Origin: Candidatus Saccharimonadota bacterium
GTDB lineage: Bacteria > Patescibacteriota > Saccharimonadia > Saccharimonadales > OFTM59
Assembly (NCBI GenBank): GCA_029260855.1
Contig: JAJDCK010000001.1
Location: 1,705-65,704 of the forward strand
Length of the DNA: 64,000 nt
Reading direction: 5' to 3'
A program made the position numbers and the translations under genes. The notes below the pieces were generated by a model, which saw only the letters and a list, made by a program, of their open reading frames with translations, made no database searches and was not told the DNA's origin. Below, in pieces: positions 29,579 through 37,533 of the stretch; within the stretch, counting starts at the first letter, position 1, and each line of letters opens with the position of its first letter.

Positions 29579-29935
29579 ATGACAGAGGGGTTGACAGGGC
29601 GCACAGGAAGCGAAAAGATGAGCAGTAACGAGTGGTTGCAGCTTTATGAAGCGGCGGTTGACGATTTACGCAGCGCGAACGTCGATATTGCCTCTAGCTT
29701 TTTGAACGGCCGTCAACCGGGCCAATACCCACTCTCTACACTACTTATTGCCCAAGCTAGGGCCGACAATGCGGGAGCAATGTTAGATTGTCTTTTGGCT
29801 GATTGGCCCGAGTTTGCCGCAAGGGTTAACGAGCCTCTAGAGCAAAAGGCTAGCAAAGAAGTTGCTGATGATTCGCAGCGGCTTTTACGCCCTACCTTTG
29901 TTCAAAAGATCGCTAATTTTTTAAGCACATCCTAG
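29579..29935 (+). CDS. hypothetical protein
   Basis: 118-aa ORF, one of the few plus-strand genes, with its own promoter-like element. Confidence 0.5.
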   Translation: MTEGLTGRTGSEKMSSNEWLQLYEAAVDDLRSANVDIASSFLNGRQPGQYPLSTLLIAQARADNAGAMLDCLLADWPEFAARVNEPLEQKASKEVADDSQRLLRPTFVQKIANFLSTS

Positions 29936-29992
29936 GTAAACGAATCAGTCTTAAGCTTGCCCGCACTTTCGTGACCGAGCTTTATGTGTGAG

Positions 29993-30256
29993 TTATTTTC
30001 GCTTAGTTTTTGTGGAAAGTCTGTCTAATAATGATGATTGGAGCAGGTTCCAGACAATTGAATTTACAAAAAAAGCTGCAATAGCAATTAGCGCTATAAG
30101 TACTATGTTGTGGCCCAACTCACCATTGAATAGACTGATAATTCCTGCGAGCATTACGACTATCACAGTCAACGCCAGATAGGCATGCTGCAGCTTTTGC
30201 CGTTCACTCTTTTGCGCATTCCAACTATTTAGCGAATCTTTTAGAACCTCAAACAT
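29993..30256 (-). CDS. small two-TM membrane protein
   Basis: GGAGAT RBS 4 nt before the ATG and two clear TM helices. Preferred over the antisense 29988..30182 ORF. Confidence 0.55.
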   Translation of the reverse strand: MFEVLKDSLNSWNAQKSERQKLQHAYLALTVIVVMLAGIISLFNGELGHNIVLIALIAIAAFFVNSIVWNLLQSSLLDRLSTKTKRK

Positions 30257-30502
30257 CCATATCTCCTATAATTAGATATATTATACTACCATTATATTTT
30301 TATGTCAATTTTATATTATTCCTATGTAGTTAGTCAGTTAAAAAAGTTATATATTGAAAAAAGTGCCCTATACGCGTCTCTTTTGGTTTCAGTTTGGTGC
30401 GGAGCTACAGAATTTACTTAAACTTTTTGGAGCGCTGGTTGACGGTAGTCTATCAAGCGCACCGCGCATTCCTGTTTCGCTCAAAAGCAGGGAGCTTGTT
30501 AT

Positions 30503-31459
30503 CTATTGAGCCTTACGCAAGCCCTCACGCCCCAGGCTGAGCCAATAATCAGTCTCTTCTGTGTCATTACCGTTTATATACTTCTCTTGGTGTGCGCCCA
30601 TAAATTCCATAGCTACGCCAGCAAGTGCGTATGCAGGTAGATACTTGCGCTCCTGGTCGGTCAGTGGGCAAAACTCACCATACTCATCTGCTACCAGCTC
30701 GCATTTCCGCTCTAGTGTCTCTGTACCGTTATCGTGAAGTAAGTTGGCAACAATTACCGCCAGCTCCTGTATGCGCGGGTAGTGATTGGCAACTGAAAAA
30801 TCTAGGATATATATCTTGCCGTCTTCGCCTTTAATAACATTCGCTTTAGTGAAGTCACCGTGTACAAAACAGTGTGGCAGGTCGTCTGTAGGGATAGCAT
30901 CATAGCCTGCAATCGCTTGCTCAACTAATGGTAAGTCTTCTGGCGCAATATACTGCTCTACCTTTTCAAGCATCGCGTGAATGTTTGGAATAGCCCAGCT
31001 ATCAAATAAATAGGGTGGTTCATAATCAATACTGTTTACCATAGCTGCTTGTTCCAGTACGTCTTTACGCTCTTCGTCTGATGGGGAGCGGTCTAGCTCC
31101 AAGAAACTCTTACCTTCAACAAATCGCATTAAAACGAGCGTAACGCCACTATCGCTATATGTCGTTTCGCCAGTATCAGTTGTTAATAGTTCTGGGTGAT
31201 GTACCCCAGCCTGTACGACCTTTTCCATTGTGGTGGCATAGCGAGTAATGTCTTCTGGTGTTCGTGTCTTAGCAAACATTTTGGCGACAAACTTTGCTTG
31301 GTCGGTTTCTATAATGACATTGCAATCTTCATAACCGACTTCAACGATACTACTCGCACTCAACTGACCAACGCCATAAGTTTCACAGACACGCTCAATG
31401 ACTGGCGTAAGGTCGCCTGTGTAATTTAGCCGGTCCGCTGGTGTTTGAAGTTCAGACAT
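30503..31459 (-). CDS. aminoglycoside/choline-kinase-fold phosphotransferase (APH family)
   Basis: Brenner motif HGDFTKAN and ILDFS. Start taken at MSELQT (ATGTCTGA overlaps the upstream stop). Confidence 0.75.
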   Translation of the reverse strand: MSELQTPADRLNYTGDLTPVIERVCETYGVGQLSASSIVEVGYEDCNVIIETDQAKFVAKMFAKTRTPEDITRYATTMEKVVQAGVHHPELLTTDTGETTYSDSGVTLVLMRFVEGKSFLELDRSPSDEERKDVLEQAAMVNSIDYEPPYLFDSWAIPNIHAMLEKVEQYIAPEDLPLVEQAIAGYDAIPTDDLPHCFVHGDFTKANVIKGEDGKIYILDFSVANHYPRIQELAVIVANLLHDNGTETLERKCELVADEYGEFCPLTDQERKYLPAYALAGVAMEFMGAHQEKYINGNDTEETDYWLSLGREGLRKAQ

Positions 31460-32285
31460 CAGCCAATAATTCCAAGTCTTGCGCGGATAACTCAATTGCA
31501 GTTGCCGCAATATTTTCGTCAATGTGCTGCTTATTTATAGCTTTAGGGATAGGCAATGTACCCTGTGTAAGCAACCACGCTAAAGCGACCTGAGCTGCTG
31601 TAGCATTGTGAGCCTTTGCAATATCTTGTATGACTTCACTATCTAGCACTTCCTGCCTCTTAACAGGTTGATAGGCAACTATATGGATATTATTTTCTCG
31701 GCAGTAATCCCAAAACTCTTGATTAACTTCATCTTTATAAAGCACATTGTAGTTCATTTGATTTGCCACAATCGGATGCTTTGCAATTTTGCGTGTTTGC
31801 TCCATATCGGCAACCGTGAAGTTACTAACTCCAAAATCGCGGACTATTCCTTCGTCAATCAATTCGTCTATTTGCGGAATAGCTTCCTGCCAGTTCACCT
31901 CATCCCAAGGTGCGTGAATGTACAGCATATCTAGATAGTCAGTACCCAGCTTTTTGAGCATCTGTTCAACCGTTGCACGGACTAAGCCATCGCCAACGCT
32001 TGTTTTCCATAGCTTATCAGCAATATATAAATCTTCACGCTTTAAGCCAGCGATTGCTTGACCGACAACCTCATCGGTATGAAATGCCCCGTACAGCTCA
32101 GCACAATCAATATGGTTCTGACCTTTGGAAATTGAATAGCGTATAGCCTCAGTCTCGGCTGCTTCATTATCGTAATTAGGCTCAGCTCCTTTGTACTTAG
32201 CACCTGGGTCAGCAGTGAATGTGCCGCCAATGTTCCAAGTACCGATGCCGATTGGAAAAAGTGTTTTGCCTGATTTTGTTTTCAT
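31452..32285 (-). CDS. aldo/keto reductase
   Basis: AKR pattern (IGIGTW, DCAELYG, HAPW, GVSNF). Start is uncertain: M at 32285, 32294 or 32297. Confidence 0.8.
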   Translation of the reverse strand: MKTKSGKTLFPIGIGTWNIGGTFTADPGAKYKGAEPNYDNEAAETEAIRYSISKGQNHIDCAELYGAFHTDEVVGQAIAGLKREDLYIADKLWKTSVGDGLVRATVEQMLKKLGTDYLDMLYIHAPWDEVNWQEAIPQIDELIDEGIVRDFGVSNFTVADMEQTRKIAKHPIVANQMNYNVLYKDEVNQEFWDYCRENNIHIVAYQPVKRQEVLDSEVIQDIAKAHNATAAQVALAWLLTQGTLPIPKAINKQHIDENIAATAIELSAQDLELLADV

Positions 32286-32310
32286 GTATCTCATCATAAC
32301 AAAATATGCC

Positions 32311-34941
32311 TTAAGTTTTTGCTGCTTTAGCTCGCTGCTTAATATCGGCAACCCAGTCCTTTAGGATTTGTAAGTGGTCTTTCAGATTGTCTGGAGTAGG
32401 TGTCTCTGTGCTACCAGCTTCGGCAGCTGGGTCATGCATATACTTTGCGCAGGTATGCATATTATCTGCGATGAGCTGCTTATCGGCATCGTCAATGAAA
32501 ATATCGTTAATGTTTCCCGGTTTCACATCTCTGCGATAGCGGATTACAATCCCGTTCAATAAAACTTCCTCTATCGCTCTTTCCCAGGTTCTCCTTAAAT
32601 CCTTATAAAAACTTTCTGTCTCGGTCTTGTAGTCTTCCTCATTATTTTCAAACTTGGCTTTAATGGGGTTTACTCGCTTCTCAAGAAAGTCAATTCGCTG
32701 TCCAGTCTTCATAGTGTCAAAGGGTAGGCTTTCACGCACGACACCAGGGCTTGAAACCTTTTCAATTGACCTAGCTGTATACCGTCCGCCAAGGTCGTTC
32801 ATAGCTCTCTCTAGCTCACTTGCGAATAGAACATTATGTGTAAATACAATCACCTGCCGAGTAAGCGCCTCTTGTGCTATGCGTTTTGCTATTCGCTCAA
32901 CATTGTGATGGTCCAATGAAGTTACAGGGTCATCAAAAACAATCGCTGATGTTGATGGGGTTATTGATAATTCTGCAAAAAATCCAGCAAGCGCAACACC
33001 TCTTTGTTCGCCCTCACTCATAATCTTCTCAATGTTGTCGCCCTTAAGGTCACCTGACTTGCCCGAGAGAATAATGGCACTAGAGGGAACGCCTTTTGTA
33101 GTTCTTCCTTTTACTAACTTCGCAGTAATTTTACCTAGGAATATTGCGTCAAGCTCGTCATTAAAAGTTTTGGCAAGTTTATCAATGATTAAACGCTCAC
33201 TTATATCACCAATTTTAGTACTTACTGCAAAAGTTTTGCTTGAATTTATTGCGTCCTGTAATACCTTCTTATCCTGATGAATATTAATATTTTCAAGGAT
33301 TTGTTTTTCGTAAGTGCTTAATGCCTTTTTTGATTTTAGATTCTTCAGCTTATCTAGGTCGGTCTGTAGCTGTCGCCTGAATTCATCGTCATCAAGAGGG
33401 GTCTTTATCTCTTCCCCTAATGCATTTACACATTCACTAAACCTAGTTATTTCTGCCTCAAGTTTTTTCAAGTCAGCGTACTTATCTATCTCATTAGAGC
33501 CATTGAAGATAGCCAGGTAATCTTGGTGCGCGTCTCTCGCCGTCTTAATGCTAGCCGAAAGTTTGGCGATGTCCTTATAGTCATCTCCGCTAAAATTTAC
33601 CAGCAGATTATCGTATGTGTCATCTAGGAGGTTGGCTCTGATAAACCCATCTCTAAGGGATTTGAAGACTGTATCTGCATTAGTAGCCAAGGACTGGCTC
33701 TTGTCATTAACAAAGCTAACAAAGTCACTGAACTTATCTGTGCTAGCCGATGAGATTGGCTGCTGACAAAGTACACACTTTGCCTGCTCGCCCGTGTGCG
33801 GAAAGGTATGCTCAGGATACGCAGACTTAGACGAGAATTCTTGTGCTGCTTCCCATAGGTTTTTCCATAAATCATTGCCCGTCCCGGTAATAAAGTTTTC
33901 ATTTTCAAACTTCTTTTTGCCAGCTTCGTCTGCCAACTTGCGCTTACTAACTGCGTCATCACGGGCGGTTATTATCTTATCTACATTTTCTGGGTCAAGC
34001 GCCTCCTGTAGCGTGTTGAGTTGAGTAAGTAAACCATTAAGCCTGGTGTATAGCTTGGTCCTCTCATCTCTAATTTTTTGTGGAGACTTCGTCTGCCTTA
34101 AGACAGTATCTTTTTCTAAAGCTATGATTTCTTGCTGTTCATCTAAAGTAAGGACCTTTTGAGCCTTAAAATCGTTTAGTGCCGTTTTGCCTGACAAGCC
34201 GCCGATTAATTCATGTGCCTTTGTACCGCTAAACTCCACAAAACTGGTTTCAAGGTTGTTAAGTGTGTCCGTCTTTGCTTGCAGGTCATCTTTCAGCTTT
34301 TGCGCAATAGCTTCAATAGCAATAGAGAGGCTGTCTAGAATATCCATACCAGCGGGCATGAATACCAAATCGTTCTCAGAGATTAAATAGTTGTGTCCGC
34401 TTTTACTATCAAAAACATGGACTGATTTTAACTGGGGGTCAGCTTCGCTACTGTTATCTAGCTGAAAGCTATGACTGCTTCCGTCAACTTCATAAAGGAT
34501 ATTGGCAATGCACTCACGCTCATGCTCACTATGCACATTGCCGCGTAGTTGCTCGCTATGACGACAATTACAACTATTTTTAAGAATTCTAGTGTATCCA
34601 GATTTACCAGAGGCATTATCCCCGTAAATCATGTTCAGCCCCACCTTTTCTAGAGGGAGCGGTGAACCATCGGTAATTGCATTTATATTTTGCGTTGCTT
34701 TAACTTCTGAAATTCTAACCCCGCCAGCAGAAGTTGCTCCGGTGTACTCATACTCCTCTAGCGGACTGCCTACTTTTTCGGCATATGCTTTTGGGTCAGT
34801 AGCTGCTTCAATTGCTTGAGCTGCGTAGAACCTGTATCGTTTATCATCAAGTTCGCCGCCAGAAAGAAGTTCAGCAACCAAAACTTGCTGCCACACGGGC
34901 TGACTTAAAGCCCACTTAACTATCTCGTCAATAATCTCCAT
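32311..34941 (-). CDS. RloC/PrrC-like ABC-type ATPase with a coiled-coil/CxxC zinc-hook insert (AAA_13-type); candidate anticodon nuclease
   Basis: Walker A GDNASGKS (107-114). About 420 aa of heptad-rich sequence with CVLC (389-392) near its midpoint. Signature SEGEQ (642), Walker B AIVFDD (666-671) and THN (701-703). The C-terminal ~170 aa contains LRRTWERAIEE and CAKYMHD. Confidence 0.6.
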   Translation of the reverse strand: MEIIDEIVKWALSQPVWQQVLVAELLSGGELDDKRYRFYAAQAIEAATDPKAYAEKVGSPLEEYEYTGATSAGGVRISEVKATQNINAITDGSPLPLEKVGLNMIYGDNASGKSGYTRILKNSCNCRHSEQLRGNVHSEHERECIANILYEVDGSSHSFQLDNSSEADPQLKSVHVFDSKSGHNYLISENDLVFMPAGMDILDSLSIAIEAIAQKLKDDLQAKTDTLNNLETSFVEFSGTKAHELIGGLSGKTALNDFKAQKVLTLDEQQEIIALEKDTVLRQTKSPQKIRDERTKLYTRLNGLLTQLNTLQEALDPENVDKIITARDDAVSKRKLADEAGKKKFENENFITGTGNDLWKNLWEAAQEFSSKSAYPEHTFPHTGEQAKCVLCQQPISSASTDKFSDFVSFVNDKSQSLATNADTVFKSLRDGFIRANLLDDTYDNLLVNFSGDDYKDIAKLSASIKTARDAHQDYLAIFNGSNEIDKYADLKKLEAEITRFSECVNALGEEIKTPLDDDEFRRQLQTDLDKLKNLKSKKALSTYEKQILENINIHQDKKVLQDAINSSKTFAVSTKIGDISERLIIDKLAKTFNDELDAIFLGKITAKLVKGRTTKGVPSSAIILSGKSGDLKGDNIEKIMSEGEQRGVALAGFFAELSITPSTSAIVFDDPVTSLDHHNVERIAKRIAQEALTRQVIVFTHNVLFASELERAMNDLGGRYTARSIEKVSSPGVVRESLPFDTMKTGQRIDFLEKRVNPIKAKFENNEEDYKTETESFYKDLRRTWERAIEEVLLNGIVIRYRRDVKPGNINDIFIDDADKQLIADNMHTCAKYMHDPAAEAGSTETPTPDNLKDHLQILKDWVADIKQRAKAAKT

Positions 34942-35093
34942 TAGAATAAGTTTACATCTGTAAACAGAGTTTGCATATCATTCGTTTTTATTACCAACTA
35001 TTTTAGTACTTTAATACTACTAAATGGGCGGGGGTGGTCTCCCTTCACCCCCGTTAATGACACTCCGCTGTATAAATGCCCAATTTTTGGGGG

Positions 35094-35372
35094 TAGAATG
35101 ACCAAGCGTTTTTTTGGGAGGAAAAAGGAAGTGCCGAATTTATGGGACTGACTTTGAAAAACACATTTTTTGATACAATAGGGTTACATTAACAATCAAC
35201 CGAATTCATTGTGTAGCCAACGCGGAGACTGGACCGCTTCAAAAAACTTCAGGGGCGTTTACAGCGAATTAACTGTGTAGGAATTACGAGGACGGCTCGG
35301 CATAAAACGGACTTACTAGCGGACTAACTGAGGTTTTTACTTCAAGGGGTCACACGGGATGTCCGTTTTTTT
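35094..35372 (+). ncRNA. candidate structured RNA or leader upstream of the recombinase gene
   Basis: TAGAAT -10-like element at 35094-35099. There are no ORFs longer than 26 codons on either strand. A 9-bp long-range stem AAAACGGAC/GTCCGTTTT (35304-35312 / 35361-35369) is followed by a T7 run. Confidence 0.3.
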
Positions 35373-35538
35373 ATTACAAAACAACCTAGAGCTGAGTATG
35401 GTGTCGTTGCTCAGCATCCTTTCAAGCTACGCTGAAACAGCAAACCAAGAGAAACCATATCTAGTAAAAGATGGCGTTAAAATCATTTTATAGACATACG
35501 CCTAAAGCTGCTTAAACTCTGTAAAGGATTATATACTT

Positions 35539-37239
35539 ATGGGTATGGCAGAACTTACCAGTACCCAGAAACTACTAGAGCTACTTCAAGCCGGTCTACC
35601 AAAAGCCCCAGGGGATGTGGATACAGGTACTATTAACTACGCCCTGTACGCTAGGAAATCTACTACCAGCGAAGATAGACAAGCCTCATCTATTGAAGAC
35701 CAGGTAACAGAGTGTATGGAAAAGGTTGTTGTACCAAACGACCTAAATATTGTTAAGGTCTATGAAGAGAGCTTCTCGGCAAAGATTGCTGATACGCGCG
35801 ATGAGTTTAAAGCGCTCATTAACGAGATAGAGAACGGTCATATTGATGGTCTCATTGCTTGGCATCCTGACCGTCTAGCGCGCAATATGAAAGAGGCGGG
35901 GGCGATTATTGACCTTGTAGACAGAGGACTAATTAAAGACCTCCGCTTTCCTACCTTCACCTTTGAAAACACTCCCGCCGGTAAAATGCTGCTCGGCATT
36001 ACATTTGTTATGGCTAAGCAGTATTCGGAACACCTTGCGGAAAGCGTTGACCGTGGGAACAAGCGAGCCATAGAGGACGGCGAGTTTATTGGTAAATTCA
36101 AGCACGGCTACACGGTTGATATTAACCGTACATTCCAGCCCGACCCTCGCAACTTCACGAAGGTTAAACATATGTTTACTATGGCTGTTGAGGGCAAGTC
36201 TCAAAAGCAAATCCGCGAGTGGATAAACGAGCAAGGCTACACGGTCCAAAAGCGCCCAGGTGGCGAGTATGAGCCTCACAAATGGGATAAGGACGATGTC
36301 TCAAAGCTCATCCGAGACCCGCACTACGCAGGTGTCCATAAATGGGGCAAGAACTTCACTGACCTTATGGAGGCTTACGATTTTGAGCCAATGATTTCAG
36401 TAGATGACTTCTTAAAGATAAACAAAGTTGATAGTCTCAACTCTGCAAAGATACTTGCCATTAGTAGACCACGAGGCGGCAACATTCGGGCAGACCTACT
36501 GAGGGGCAAGGTTTATTGTGGCGCGTGTAATAAGACACTCACCTCAATGTTGATTGATAAAAGGGATAAAGAAACCAAGGAAATTATTCAGTCACGCTAC
36601 TACTACAAATGCGAGACTGAGGGTTGCGCCGTAGAGGGTAGTTCTGCCCGTGCTGGATTAGTTGTCAGCGCCGCACAGCAGTTCTTTCAGGATTATTTAT
36701 TCATTACCAAGGGCAACTACGCCCACTTCGTTAAAGAGGCTGAAAAAGAGGCAAAGCGTAAGTCCGCAGAGTTTGACAGCATTATTGCTCGGTCAAAAAT
36801 CACTATCGCCAACAAGGAAAAATCATACGAGCGCACTAAAGATCTCATCCTCAAAAACCCTGACCTCAAAGAGCATTATGACCTAGATAAGTACAGCAAA
36901 GAGATTGAGAAAATAAGGAAGGACTTCGTTAAAGCTACGAAACAGCGCGACAACATCAAGAGCGCCATACCAACATTTGAAGAATACCTTAAACTTTTAG
37001 AAACCACCCCTGTTATCCTGGGCAAGATACGGGATATGAAGGTAATGGATGTGCTGCTAAGGATTTTCTTCTCTAATTTCACCATAATTCCAGGCGAAGA
37101 CGGCTTCCGTAAGGGGTCAACAGTGACCATAAAACTAAACGAACCCTGGGAAGGGTTCGTTGTTGCCAATGATTTCGTTCGTGGTGCGGGTAAAGGGACT
37201 CTAACCCTTGGCCTCGTCCTTGGCAAGGACGCGCTCTAA
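35539..37239 (+). CDS. large serine recombinase (integrase)
   Basis: N-terminal resolvase domain (YALYARKSTTSEDRQASSIEDQ), recombinase domain, Cys-rich zinc ribbon (CGACNK...YYYKCETEGC) and a coiled-coil C-terminus. The last 58 nt are antisense to tRNA-Gly. Confidence 0.88.
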   Translation: MGMAELTSTQKLLELLQAGLPKAPGDVDTGTINYALYARKSTTSEDRQASSIEDQVTECMEKVVVPNDLNIVKVYEESFSAKIADTRDEFKALINEIENGHIDGLIAWHPDRLARNMKEAGAIIDLVDRGLIKDLRFPTFTFENTPAGKMLLGITFVMAKQYSEHLAESVDRGNKRAIEDGEFIGKFKHGYTVDINRTFQPDPRNFTKVKHMFTMAVEGKSQKQIREWINEQGYTVQKRPGGEYEPHKWDKDDVSKLIRDPHYAGVHKWGKNFTDLMEAYDFEPMISVDDFLKINKVDSLNSAKILAISRPRGGNIRADLLRGKVYCGACNKTLTSMLIDKRDKETKEIIQSRYYYKCETEGCAVEGSSARAGLVVSAAQQFFQDYLFITKGNYAHFVKEAEKEAKRKSAEFDSIIARSKITIANKEKSYERTKDLILKNPDLKEHYDLDKYSKEIEKIRKDFVKATKQRDNIKSAIPTFEEYLKLLETTPVILGKIRDMKVMDVLLRIFFSNFTIIPGEDGFRKGSTVTIKLNEPWEGFVVANDFVRGAGKGTLTLGLVLGKDAL

Positions 37240-37258
37240 ACAACTGAGCTACACCCGC
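37182..37258 (-). tRNA. tRNA-Gly(GCC)
   Basis: Manual fold: acceptor GCGGGTG/TACCCGC, D-arm GCTC-AGTTGTTTA-GAGC, anticodon arm CGTCC-TTGCCAA-GGACG, T-arm AAGGG-TTAGAGT-CCCTT, encoded CCA. Confidence 0.85.
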
Positions 37259-37312
37259 ATGTTTGAACTGACATATTCTGTCAGAGTTCTGTGAGTTTTT
37301 AAAGAGCACGTT

Positions 37313-37330
37313 CTTGGCCTGGCAAGGACG
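37313..37330 (-). pseudogene. tRNA-Gly anticodon/variable-region remnant with a 7-nt deletion
   Basis: cttggcc|tggcaaggacg equals 37207-37213 plus 37221-37231 of the intact gene, lacking tcgtcct. Confidence 0.5.
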
Positions 37331-37358
37331 GTCACGCTAGCGCAACCACATTCTGCGG

Positions 37359-37507
37359 CCCCGACACTGACTTACTTGAAACAAGTTTCAAATCAGTCAG
37401 ATGTCCTTGCAATGAGCCACCAGCTCATCTCACCCGAAGCCTCCTTACTTTAAACAAGTTTAAAATCTGAAAGGCTTCCTTGCGAACTGCCACCGGGCAG
37501 TTCTCAC
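37359..37507 (-). repeat. two tandem ~75-nt structured modules (A 37434-37507, B 37359-37433)
   Basis: Shared frame GTGAGA-hairpin1-TYGCAAGGA-hairpin2(CTTG loop)-TCGG(GG), with covarying stems. See findings. Confidence 0.75.
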
Positions 37508-37533
37508 TCTAAACAACTGAGCTACACCCGCAT
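37507..37533 (-). pseudogene. truncated 5' copy of tRNA-Gly (positions 1-25 plus 2 upstream nt)
   Basis: 27-nt perfect direct repeat of 37234-37260. Confidence 0.8.

Larger units (their letters stand above)
30395..37258. mobile_element. putative integrated island bounded by tRNA-Gly (recombinase, RloC-like ATPase, kinase, reductase)
   Basis: The serine recombinase gene abuts and overlaps tRNA-Gly on the right. A tRNA-end-like 16-mer and an AT-rich stretch mark the left side. The left boundary is tentative. Confidence 0.4.
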
